Origin: Octopus sinensis
Taxonomy: Eukaryota
Direction: 5' to 3'
Assembly: GCF_006345805.1 (NCBI RefSeq)
Contig: NC_043004.1
Location: forward strand, 64,294,001 to 64,358,000
DNA length: 64,000 nucleotides
Part shown: positions 1-11,666 of the stretch, in pieces
Layout: every line of letters starts with the position of its first letter
How positions within the stretch are numbered: position 1 is the stretch's first letter
Notes under the pieces: generated by a model
What the model saw: only the letters and a program-made list of their open reading frames with translations
Database searches by the model: none
Told to the model about the DNA's origin: nothing
Program-made: the position numbers and the translations under genes

Positions 1-357
1 TCTTTGTAAGACAGGACAAGTCGGGTGCAGTAAGTACTGCTAGCTAACATAGTTTTTGGCAATTATACAATGTCTTCATTGACTATGATGCTAAGATGCG
101 GCTACTGTATGAACTTTTGACATTTGAACAAAGGAATCAGGTGTAAAAAGAGGAGGACAAAGCACAGGTGAAAGCGATGATGGCCCACATGTAATTGTGA
201 CATGTGAAAACAAGGATGAAGCACTTTCAGGTACTATAAACAAGGTATCGTGGTTAAAAACCTTGCTTCGCAACCGTCCCGTCTCTGGTTCAATCCCACT
301 GTGCAGCACCCAGAGCAGGTGCTTTCTGTAGTAACCCTGGGCTGACCTTGTGAGTGT

Positions 358-685
358 GAAGGTGCATGGCTCGGTGGTTAGAGCATCAGGCTCACAATCA
401 TGATGTAGTGAGTTCAATTCCCTGACCGGGTGGTATGTTGTGTCCTTGAGCAAGACACTTTATTTCACTTTGCTCCAGGTCACTCATCTATAGAAATAAG
501 TTGTGACATCACTGGAGCCAAGTTGCATCAGTCTTTGTCTTTCCCTGGGATAACATCGGTGTTGTAGAGGCTGATATGCATGGCTAACTGCTGGTCTTCT
601 ATAAACAACATTTCCCAGACTTGTGCCGTGGAGCATAACTTTCTAGGTGCAATCACATGCCCATTCATGACAGAGAGGGCTCTTT
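358..685 (+). mobile_element. tRNA-headed SINE, family D (working label)
   Basis: Head 'gaaggtgcatggctcggtggttagagc...gagttcaattcc' with A/B-box-like motifs, then 'gtgtccttgagcaagacactttatttcac' core. The head and core recur at 3048, 19733(-), 34356, 36417, 43822(-). Confidence 0.8.
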
Positions 686-1345
686 ACTAATTTTTAGTGT
701 GTATACACACACACACGTGTTTACCCATTTGTGTGTATTTCTATATATCCTTCTCTTGATATCGAGATGTGAATTTTCCAGTTTTCCATGGAGGAAATAT
801 TATCAAGCTTGGAAACAGTTTAGGGTTAGCAACAGGAAAGGCATCCAGCTGCGAAAAATCTGCCTCAATAAATTGTGTTTGACATGTGCAAGAATGGAAA
901 GATGACAGTTAAATGATGATAATTATATGAGTGAATGCATGAACGTTGCCAGAGTAAATGGCAGGATTTGACGCTTGTAAAAGTAAAAATGAAGCAGATG
1001 GGAAAGCAAGAACTGCAGGATGCAAATGGGATGATTTCTATTCTATGTCTTCTTTTTTCACAGCTAATAAGTATTTTCAAGTTGACACTCTGAGCTGCAT
1101 TAGGAATTGAACCTTGGGACCTTTAATAAATTAGGTCTGGATGTTCTGATTAACCATTGGCCCATTGTCTTGCAGTGAGGAAATAACGTTACCATGGTTG
1201 ATGTGTTATTCAATTGTTCATTTCCATTTGTTGCACCTTTACCACCATCATCAGTACCATCTTCATTACCACCACATACTCACTCGATAAGGGATCCTTC
1301 CTAGGTTCAATATTTGGTACCACATTAGCTCTCCATGTCTCAATA

Positions 1346-1573
1346 GGAATGCCACCTTGGCTCAGAAAAGGAAATGTCTCCTTGGCTCAAAAAAAGGATA
1401 TGTCTCTTTGGCTCAAAAGAAGGATGTCTCCTTGACTCAAAAAAAGGAAATGTCCCCTTGGCTCAAAAAAAGGATATGTCTCTTTGGCTCAAAAAAAAAA
1501 GGGAATGTCCCATTGGCTTAAAAAAGGAACGCATCCTTGACTAAAAAAAAAAGGGAATGTCTCCTTGGCTCAG
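1346..1573. repeat. Minisatellite, 9 units of about 24-29 bp (ggaaatgtctccttggctcaaaaaaa)
   Basis: Units counted directly; length varies only in the A-run and there are no unique spacers. Confidence 0.9.
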
Positions 1574-1770
1574 CAGTGGTTCTATTCGTTTCAACAGTGT
1601 CTCCTTTTGTGGCTCAACAGAACCACCATCCATGATAAGCATACACCAAACTACCAGTTGTTTACTTCAAATATTTCAAACCAGCAAAAATATTTGACAT
1701 ACATAGTTAACATCATAACAACTGGTTTGGAAATAGAAACTTAAAACAGAATTATTGTCAATAGTATGTG

Positions 1771-1774
<4 letters not shown>

Positions 1775-1819
<45 letters not shown>

Positions 1820-2115
1820 ATGTGTATACATCAGTGTTTCTCAGTGTGTATATACATGTGTATCTTTGTGTGTATATGTGTCTATATATGTAGGTATGTA
1901 TACAAGTATATGTCTGTGTATGTTTGTATTTACACACACACACACACACACACACTTGTATATAGACATATATACATACACAAACGTGCATGTGTGTATT
2001 TATATATGACTATATATACACACAGTCCTCCATTTACAAATATACACATACACACAAACGTGTGTATGTGCGTGTATGTTTATATATGGAGTATTGTGTG
2101 TATATGTTTATATTT
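1775..2115. repeat. Compound (TA)n/(TG)n/(CA)n microsatellite
   Basis: Seen directly; explains the YI/CV/HT-rich ORFs. Confidence 0.95.
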
Positions 2116-2529
2116 TTTTGTTGCAACTTGTTTTTTTTTAATAGTATTTTTGCTATTAATCATTGCAACTTCCACAGTTGTTGTTGTTGTCAGCAGAAGG
2201 GGTGGGCTGGAGGTAGGGTCCTTGTTGTTGTTGTTGTTATTGCCACTAATGTTTCTGTTGCAGCTTCTGTTGTCTCTCTCTTCTTTACTGTTCAAGCGCT
2301 GCATGTGTGTGTATGTGTGTGTATGTGTGTATAGATGTGTTCTCAGATACCATAACAGACAGTAAAATCAATAAACGACACACATCACCCTCCCTCTCTC
2401 ACTCTACTTCCACCTCCTACCTCATCCTTACTTCACACACACACACACACACATGCGTACACACTTTACCAAGCTACCATCATTGCCACTACTTGGCCCA
2501 CGTTGCCCTCAAAACCACTCCCGTTTTGC

Positions 2530-2715
2530 TCCTTCTCCCTCACATAACCACATACCAAGAACTCCCTCAACAATAACCACTGCACTCGTCCCCATCACCA
2601 ACACCACTGCCATCATCATCATCATCACTCCTGTCATCATCACTCCTGTCATCATCACCACCACCACCATCACTATCACCACCTCCATCATCATCACTAC
2701 CATCACCATCATCAC
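2530..2715. repeat. Degenerate (ATC/ACC)n trinucleotide tract
   Basis: Seen directly; source of the poly-I/T and poly-M/V/D ORFs. Confidence 0.9.
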
Positions 2716-3047
2716 AGTAACTGATCTCTTCTATTGATGTTACATTACAACTTACAACAAGAGACTGTGTGTGTGTGTGTGTGTGTGTGTTTGTCTGTAC
2801 ATATGTAAGCTTGTGTGTATATGTTAGTGTATATGTGTAAGATGACAATGAAATCAGACAGTGAGACTCGCAGCTGGACCACAGCAGCAAAGGGACAGAT
2901 CTCGGTCAAAGGGGTCATTTCACTTACTAATACTACTTAATACTATAATGCATGGCATTTCCTATGGTCAGTCATCGCTGATCATCAATGGCTGCCTATG
3001 AAAATGTGTATACGTGTGTGTGTGTGTGTGTGTGCATATGTATGTTT

Positions 3048-3372
3048 GAAGGCACATGGCTTAGTGGTTAGAGTAATCGGCTCTCAATCATAAGGTTCTG
3101 AGTTCAATTCCTGGTAGCGCAGTGTGTCCTTGAGCAAGACCCTTCATTTCACATTGTTCCAGTCCACTTAGTTGGCAAAAATGAGCATTGTCTGTATTTC
3201 AAAAGGGCCAGCCTTGTCACATTCTGTGTCAGGCAGGATCTCCCTCAGAACTACATTTAGAGTACACAAGTCTGTGGAGTACTCAGCCACTTGCATGTTT
3301 ATTCCATGAGCAGGTTGCTTCATCGATCAGATCAAATGGAACCCTCGTCGTCATGACCAAAGAAGTACCAGT
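3048..3372 (+). mobile_element. SINE family D copy
   Basis: 'gaaggcacatggcttagtggttagag...gagttcaattcc...gtgtccttgagcaagac' head and core; the 3' part differs from the 358 copy. Confidence 0.75.
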
Positions 3373-3610
3373 TAATTAATTAGTTAGTGTGTGTGTGTGT
3401 GACTTGGTGTATATGAATGTAAATCAGCAGTTACAAACTGAAATTATACACACACACACACACATACACATGCATTCTGTGTGTATCCTGGTTTTAAAAT
3501 AGGTTCACTGTGTTCCTGTGTATGGTGAGAGATGAATAAAAAGGTTGGTATTAAGAAGGACATCCAGCTATAAATCATGGCCCTCAAAAAGAGAGAACAT
3601 GATGAGTATG

Positions 3611-3958
3611 CAGTTCCCTATTTAAGAGATGAGGAATTATGTACATTATTAACATTTGACAGATATTTGTCCTCATCTTGTTTATTAACACGCTTCGGCT
3701 GATATACCCTCTAGCCTTCATTGGGTGTCTTGGGGAAATTTTGAACCATGGGCATATGGCATAGTGGTTAAGAGCATGCACTACTAACCCCAAGATTCCA
3801 CGTTTGATACCAGGCAGTGACCTGAATAATAATAATTATAATAGTAATAATGATAATAGTAATAATGATAATAATAATAATAATAATAATATAATAATAA
3901 TAATTACATTATTTACTTTCGACAGATATTTGTCCTCATCTTGTTTGTTGTTAACAAG
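3611..3958. mobile_element. Rearranged SINE family E copy: 3' half on minus (3611-3747), tRNA head on plus (3746-3828), second minus-strand tail (3903-3958)
   Basis: Each block aligns with the colinear minus-strand copy at 37830-38096. Confidence 0.75.
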
Positions 3959-4186
3959 TTTCTTCTTCTATAGCGCCAAGCTGACCAATACCTCATGAGT
4001 GAATTTATTAGACAGAAACTGTTTGATAGTCTGTCATATATGTCTTTTAAAAAACAGTCTGACCTGGCTCCATTTGACATAAAGTGTAATGGGTGTATAG
4101 GATGAACCAACCACATCAGATATCAGGAGAAGAAAGTGTTGGGTGCCACTTTTTGTTTATCTACTCTCTCATGTGTCCATACATAT

Positions 4187-4275
4187 ATGAGGGTATCACA
4201 AAAGGTCTGGATGGAGGCCCAACCATCTGAGTTCTTTTACAGGGCTTAGAGAAACTGAAGGACCACTGCTCCCAA
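4187..4275 (+). mobile_element. Possible mariner remnant (TIR-like start plus C-terminal codons)
   Basis: 'tatgagggtatcacaaaa' start; 'gagttcttttacagggcttagagaaactgaaggaccactgc' reads as EFFYRG/LEKLKDHC with a frameshift, like mariner C-termini. Confidence 0.3.
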
Positions 4276-5257
4276 GTGGGTGGGGAATGATGTAATGACA
4301 TCAGATGCATTGCACAGTGCAGGAAGCCTCATCAGGTGATGTAATGGGTGTGTGTGTATATTTGTGTCTGTTTGTCATTCAACACATACTGACAGCTAGT
4401 GCTGGTTTGTTTACATCCCCTGTAACTTAGCAGTGTGGCAAGAGACCAACAGAATAAGTAACTGACGTAAAAAGAAAAAACACAAATACTGGGATTGATT
4501 TGCTTGACTAAATCCCTTCCCTTTAAGGCAGTGCTCCAGCATGGCCACTGCCCAAAAATTGAAATGAGTAAAGGATAAAACATAAGCAATTTATGTTGCA
4601 ATCAGAGACACAAAAGTGTTGTCATGGCATGACTTGAACCTATGACAAACATTGTGGCAACTCAACCCAAAGCCAGTAAATATTTATAGTACTAACATGG
4701 AATCGGTAAAAAAAATCATGTGGAGAAAAAAAAATGGTTGAACCTATTCAGTGATGCAATATAGAAGAAGCAGAGGAATGAAGCAGTGGAATGAGATGAC
4801 AAAAACCTCCCTCTTAGACCTGAATACCAATAAACAAATTAACACTACAGTCGTTTTGTATGATCAGATCGTTTATTGAAGTTGTTTGCCAAATGGAGTT
4901 TTTCTTTGTATAAGATTTCTTTGAACTTTGGATTTTATTGTTGAACACGCACAGGTTGATTGAAGACTGAAATTCCAATGTGTTTTGAAATGATGTCAAT
5001 AAATTGAAGTGATATTCATATAAACACCACAGATTGGTTGAAGAGTAAATTGTAATGTGTTTTGGAATGAGGTCGATAAATTTGGTGCATGCATGACTGC
5101 TTGGTTAAGAAACTTGCTTTACCATTGAGCTTCTTAATGTGGTTTCGGGTTCCATTCCCATTGTGTGGCCAGCACCTTGGGCAGGTGTCTTTTACTATAG
5201 CTTTGGGCAGACCAGTGCCTTGTGAGCAACTTTGATAGACTCTTGTGAAGCCCTTCA

Positions 5258-5288
<31 letters not shown>

Positions 5289-5330
5289 GTGCATATATAT
5301 ATATATATATTATATATATATATATATATT

Positions 5331-5364
<34 letters not shown>

Positions 5365-5400
5365 GTAGAATAATAAAAAGAAAGTTCCTGGTACAGTATT

Positions 5401-5631
5401 ATATATTTGTAAAAATGAGTAGAGATGGATTTTTGCGGGGATAATTTTTATTTTGATAATGTTTAGAGTGAGTTACTCTGATATGAGTTTCAAGCTTCAA
5501 ATAGTTGTTTTCAAACACCTATTCATTGTTTTCAAATGCCTATTCACAAAGTAATTCACTGTAAACATTGTAATTAAAATAAAAATTATCCCCCAAAATA
5601 GCCATCTCTACTCGTTTTTTCAAACATATAT
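5401..5631. mobile_element. Fold-back MITE-like element with about 78-bp imperfect terminal inverted repeats
   Basis: 5401-5477 is the reverse complement of 5550-5631 (about 85% by eye); 21-bp tandem duplication in the loop (5505-5546); TA-rich flanks. Confidence 0.75.
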
Positions 5632-5717
5632 ATGTATATATACATGCACAGCTGAGCATATAAGTGCAAAACAAGATGTGGGATATAGTACTCAAATACA
5701 AAAGGTAGAGTAACATG

Positions 5718-5838
5718 CTTTTATTAAAGCTGCAAAATTATCATAAGGCTTTTACGCAGAGCTTCGCATTACAATTCTCTGATGAGCAGGAACAAGAAAC
5801 TCTAAAAGTCTTGTAATAATTCTGCAGCTTTAATAAAA

Positions 5839-5839
<1 letters not shown>
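5718..5839. other. Palindromic element with a hammerhead-like core
   Basis: Arms 'cttttattaaagctgcaaaattatcataagg' and 'tcttgtaataattctgcagctttaataaaag'; CTGATGA 5779-5785, GAAAC 5796-5800, GTC 5808-5810. Confidence 0.6.
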
Positions 5840-5906
<67 letters not shown>

Positions 5907-6990
5907 TCAAGTCAAATAAACAAATAAAAATGAACAACATGAGGACATGCATAAGAAATGTCTTAGCTTGACGCTCATTGAAAGGAGAGACTTTGACATT
6001 TCGAGCATAGCTCTTTGCTGGAAAGGAGAAAAGGAAAAGTCCAAAGAAGGAAAAGAAATCATCAGTGGCACATGTGTAGTTACATTGCTATGTATATATA
6101 TATGTATATATATATATGTATATATATATATGTGTGTGTGTGTGTGTATATATATATATTTATACATATATGCATATGTATATATATATATATATATGTG
6201 TGTGTATATGTGTGTATATATATGTATATGTGTATGTATACATGTTTATGTATGTATATGTATATATGTGTGTGTATGCACAAGCACACACTTATTCTAT
6301 AAGTCTTTTGCCAAACCACTAAGTTACAAGGATGGAAACAAGTCAACATCAGTTGTCAAGCAATAGTAGAAGACAAAGACACTCTCTCTCTCTCACACAC
6401 ACACACACACATATGTGTATGTGTGCCTTTGTGTCCCTTCACTGCTTGACAACTAGTGTTGGCATGCCTTTGTCCCTCTAACTTAGTGGTTTGGCAAGAG
6501 ACCACAGGAATAAGTATCAAACTTCAAAAGAAAAAAAAATATTGGGGTCGCTTTGTTCAACTATACTCTTCAAGGTTGTGCTGCAACATGGTCACGGACC
6601 AATGGCTTAAACCAGGAATCAATAAAGGTTTTCATGTAAAAATCACAGATTGTATGATGAGTAAATTTACAGTGAGTTCTTTTGAAATACATTGTCTGTA
6701 AAATAAAATTAGATATGAGGAGAGTCAAGGCTGGAATACCCTTCAGCAGGAGTCAACGTAAGGTCTCGGACAGAAATGCTGTTTATCAACACAAACAACA
6801 AATTGCCAAGAATTATCACTAGATCTACTGAAAATCTTACATGTGGTACACTAATGAAAGGTGAAGTTTTTCTCTGAGAGGAGTTTTCTTTCTCATCTAT
6901 ATAGTACAGTCTAATAAACTCCAAGTTAAGGCTTAGTAACATTATGAGTCCCTGACAACTATTTAGAGTCCTTGAAATTTCCCATTTATA

Positions 6991-7203
6991 TTCTTTTCTA
7001 ATCTAGGCACAAAGCCTGAAATTTTAGGTGGGGTGGGGCAGTCGATTGGATTGACCCTGGTACTCAACTGGTACTTAATTTACTGACCCCGAAAGGATGT
7101 AAGGCAAAGTCGACCTCAGTGAAATTTGACCTCAGATCGTAAAGACAGACGAAATACCTGAAGCATTTCACTTGGCGTGCTAACGTTTCTGCCAGCTTGC
7201 CAA
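6991..7203 (-). mobile_element. SINE family B copy
   Basis: Reverse complement of the 'aaggc..gagctggcagaa.cgttagcac...gttctgagttcaaatt...ctttcggggtc' family. Confidence 0.8.
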
Positions 7204-7499
7204 CTTATTTCCCATTTATATCATATTAAACACTGCACAATGTTTTTCAGAATCTATTGTTAAAACTAACAGCTTATATTGCTGGGTATGATGGAAAGTG
7301 TCATCAGTCCACAGCCAGTAGACTAAGGTGACACTTGTTTTACTAATCATACTTCAAGAACCCTGCAAAGAATTCTTGCAGATCCAAGCAATGCTGATTT
7401 TTGTAAGTGTTTTATCTTCACACTTGCACCGATTTTTTTCAGCCATGTTGGTAGTTGAGTGCTGATATTTTATCATTATTATCATCATTATTATTATTA

Positions 7500-7781
7500 G
7501 TTTGGCTGTCTTCATGTTCTGAGTTCAAATTCTGCCATGGTTGACTTTATATTTTATCCTTTCAGGGTCAATAAAATAAACACCTAGTGAAACACTGTGG
7601 TTGATGTAATCAACTAGTCCTCTCCTCAAAACTTTCGGGCCTTGTGCCTAGAGTAGAAGAATCATTATTGTTGTTATAATTATACTTTTTTATCATTTCG
7701 TATATGTAAACCCGCAGACTTTATGTCTGTCTTTGTAATGTCCTCTTATCCTTCACCCTTGTGGCAAATAAATGAAATCAA

Positions 7782-7835
<54 letters not shown>

Positions 7836-8522
7836 GGCATTGAGCTGGCAGAATCGTTAGCATGCTGAACGAAATGCTTAGTGGTATTTCACCCATCTCT
7901 ATGTTCTGAGTTCAGATTTCACTGAGGTCAACACTGGCTTTCATCTTTTGGGGGATGGTAAAATAAGTACCAGTTGAGTACTGGGGTCGATGTAATCAAC
8001 TACGTCCCTCCTCCAAATTTCAGACCTTGTGCCTATAGTAGAAAGGATTATTATTATCCTTATTTATTGTTATTATTATTGAAGGCAGTGAGCTGACAGA
8101 ACCTTAGCATGCCAGGGGAAATGCTTAGCGGTATTTCATCTGCCACTGCATTCTGCATTCAAATTCCACCGAGGATGACTTTTGGGGTTGATGAATTAAG
8201 TACCAGCTACAAACTGGAGTCGATGTACTCGACTAGCCCTCTTCCCTCAAAAACTTTTCAAGGCCTTGTGCCTAAAGTAGAAATAATAATAATAATAATA
8301 ATAATAATTATTATTATTGAAGGTGGAAAGCTGGCACACCGGCTGAAATGCTTTGCAGTATTTCATCTGTTGCTATGTTCTGAGTTCAAATCCCATCAAG
8401 GTCTACTTTGCCTTTCATCCTTTCAGGGTCGATTAAATAAGTACCAGTTACACACTGGGGTTGATGTAATCAATTTAATCCTTTCCCAAAATTTCAGACC
8501 TTGTGTCTACAGTAGAAAGGAT
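7500..8522 (+). mobile_element. Four head-to-tail SINE family B copies separated by (TTA/TAA)n tracts
   Basis: Copies at about 7500-7672 (5'-truncated), 7834-8052, 8081-8283 and 8319-8522 share 'tgagttcaaatt...aagtaccag...gccttgtgccta.agtagaa'. Confidence 0.85.
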
Positions 8523-8659
8523 TATTATTATTGTTATTATTATTATTGTTGTTGTTGTTAGTTATTTTCGGACAATTTAGAAGAAGTGTTATTGCAACAG
8601 TGGGAAAGAACGTATTGAGAATATCAAATTAAGGAGTAAAGGGCGGGGACGGAGTGGAG

Positions 8660-9267
8660 GATAACATAAATATGGCAGCGGTAATGGTGGTGTGACAGTG
8701 GAGATGATAACAATATGGTGATGATGATTAATGTGGCAGTGGTTGTGATGGTATTAAGAGATGGTAGCGATGAGATTGTAGCAGTGGCATCAGCGATGGT
8801 GGCGATGGAGGAGATAACAAAGATATAGTGATTAATGTGATGGTGGTGGTGGTGACGGTGATATTGGTGGTGGCAGAGATGGTAATGACCAGGTGGTGGT
8901 GGTGGTGGTGGAGATGGGTGTGATGAAGATGATGATGGTGGTGATGATGATAATGGTGGCTTGTGAAAGGTCGATGCAGATGGTGGTGAGCAATGCATGT
9001 GAACTGTAAACAGGTCTTCTGCAAGCATTGTTGCACTTGTCTGCTGCAATATATGGCTGCATCACTGCAGAAAGTAGTGAAGCATTCTTAATCCTTTTTT
9101 CCTTACAATTTGAAGTCATGCAAGGAGATATAAGCAGCAGATTAGAAAATGGAAAACAAGCACCACTACCACCACAACCACCACCATCACCACATCACCA
9201 CTGTTGCCATCACTACGACCACCGCTGGCTCCACCTAAACGATTATTGCACTACTACGACGACGACG

Positions 9268-9302
<35 letters not shown>

Positions 9303-9480
9303 CATATAAACAACAGCAAAAACAAATTAAAAACCACAACAATCGCCACCATAACAACAATATTATTACTATCAACAACAGCAACAAAAGTATTATTATC
9401 ATTATTATTATTACTATTATTATTATTATCAGTAGTAGTAGTATCCACACTACCACATACTGAAGCAATCATTATCACAC
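8660..9480. repeat. Degenerate (GGT/GAT)n, (ACC/ACT/ACG)n and (ATT)n trinucleotide tracts
   Basis: Seen directly; explain the poly-H/P/T/Y/L ORFs. Confidence 0.9.
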
Positions 9481-9990
9481 TCACAATAGAACGCAACTAT
9501 TAAGGTACACACACACACACACACACACACGTGGACACACACAGGAAGGAACACATACATACATGCATGTATGCGCATGCATACATGAACACATGTACAA
9601 ACACATAAACATGCATGCCCACACACACGCACACACACACGCACACACACACACACACACACACGCACACACACACGCACACACACATATGTACAGATGA
9701 AGAGCTACGTCAGTTGCATTATGTTTAATATTGTGAATCAGTTGGAATGGCAGAAACTGAATTCTTCATGAGAACAAACACACATTGGTTAATAGAAAGT
9801 AGACCAGCATTTGTCTGATGCCATAACCTTATTTCCACAGTTATATAACCTTCCTTCCACACCTTACTTTGCATTTCATTCTCTATATTTTATTTCACTG
9901 CTGAGAATCTCAGATTCTTATATTTCCTATATTTCAAGAACAACTGATTGTTTCCATTGCCTAGTCTTAGTGTGTATACATACATACATA

Positions 9991-10440
9991 CTATTGAGAA
10001 ATGTGCAGTTACTCTATCCAGATTTCAAGTACAGGTTTATACCTGTAATTATTGGGGTACTGGGATATGTAACACACTATCTAAATACCAATCTTGAGAA
10101 ATTAGGCTTCTCAAAACCAGAAAGGAGGAAGCTGATTCGAAGATTACAGATCAAAGCCATCACTGGAACAGTAAATTTCTGTAAAACTTTCCAGAAGTTT
10201 ATCATTTAAATATATATGAGCATGTCTAGATATGCAAGTATATGCATGAGAAAACCTACATAAAACAAAACCTACAAATCTGCAAGTATATATACATACA
10301 AATGTATATATATACATACATTTTTGTATGTATATATACATACAAAAATACCTTTTTGATGCAGTTGAAATTCCAATGAAGGAGCCTTGGATCTAGGTTA
10401 GAAAACCAGTTCTTTCTCAAATGACAAGAAATCTTGAAAT
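9991..10440 (+). mobile_element. 3' end of an RLE (restriction-like endonuclease) non-LTR retrotransposon, R4/Dong-like; clade uncertain
   Basis: ORF end 'LLRNVQLLYPDFKYRFIPVIIGVLGYVTHYLNTNLEKLGFSKPERRKLIRRLQIKAITGTVNFCKTF' (stop at 10209) matches the IPVIIGxLG...L..LG C-terminus of RLE elements; putative 3' UTR follows. Confidence 0.65.
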
Positions 10441-10976
10441 AAAACTGAATAATGTTAGACATACGTGTATGCATCATTAATTTAACGTCCACTTTTCTGT
10501 GCTGGCATGGGTTGGATGATGTTCATTAAAACAAATTTTCTACAGTTGTTTCAAAACAAAATAATATTTTCTCATGGCCACACAAGTTTTTGTGCAGAAC
10601 ATTGGAAATGAATGACATTCATTGACAACAAACATAATGTCAAGACAAGGAGGCACAAACATACACATATTCACTCTTATACATACACCCATAAATACAC
10701 ACATGCGTTTATATATATATACATGTGTATACAAAAGGCTTCCAGCTTTCATCTACCAAATACAAGTCTTTGGTCAGCAAAGGGCTATAGTGTGTATGTG
10801 TGTGTGTGTGTGTGTGCTTGTGTGTCATTGTTCTTAGCAGCAGTATGGCTTTCCCCTAAATCCATATTCAACATTTCCAGATCTTCACAGTCTCATTTTC
10901 AAGAATTGTAATAGATTTTACCTCATCGTTGCTTCTTACAAACACACACACAAACATATATTTCTTATATTTATAT

Positions 10977-11340
10977 AGGCGCAGGAGTGGCTGTGTGGTA
11001 AGTAACTTGCTAACCAACCACATAGTTCCGGGTTCAGTTCTACTGCATGGCACCTTGGGCAAGTGTCTTCTCATGTAGCCTTGGACCAACCAAAGCCTTG
11101 TGAGTAGATTTGGTAGATGGAAACTGAAAGAAGCCCGTCGTGTATATATATATGTGTGTGTGTCCATGTTTGTCCCCCTTCAATTGCTTGAGAACCAATG
11201 CTGGTGTGTTTATGTCTGTGTAACTTATCAGTTCAGCAAAAGAAGCTGATAGAATAAGTCCTGTGGTCGATTTGCTTGACTAAAGACGGTGCTCCAGCAT
11301 GGCCGCAGTCAAATGACTGAAACAAGTAAAAGAATAAAAG
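10977..11340 (+). mobile_element. Full-length tRNA-headed SINE family A
   Basis: Head 'aggcgcaggagtggctgtgtggtaag...gggttcagtt' (A/B boxes), core 'ggcaccttgggcaagtgtcttct', internal (TA/TG)n, tail 'gactaaag.cggtgctccagcatggccgcagtcaaatgactgaaacaagtaaaag'. About 20 copies or fragments in the window. Confidence 0.9.
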
Positions 11341-11666
11341 CATATGTATATGTAAACCAAATATAACAAGAGAGTTTGTGCATGAAATATTCAGTTTATG
11401 AACAAATTCTTTTGTTGTTTTGCTTTCTCCGTGTACTCTGTGAGCTACCAAACTGTAATACCACAAAGTGAAACTGGAAATATAGAATACTAGCAGAGAT
11501 ACCTGGAATTGCCCGGTTACATTCAATTGAAGAATTAGACTTTTCTGTTATATATATATGGATACACACACACACACATATATATGTATAGTAATATAAA
11601 TACATGAAAGTAGATGAAGTTTGTTAAAAAAAAGGGGATCATGTATATACCTCCTGGCTGTTGAGA

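Noticed and set aside
2903-2918. cggtca-aag-gggtca nuclear-receptor-like direct repeat
   Set aside because: A single short motif with no supporting context.
3973-4105. Acceptor plus 43-codon open frame (RQADQYLMSEF...)
   Set aside because: The first half aligns with the family A SINE core (accaaagccttgtgagtggatttggtagacggaaactg), so it is a decayed SINE.
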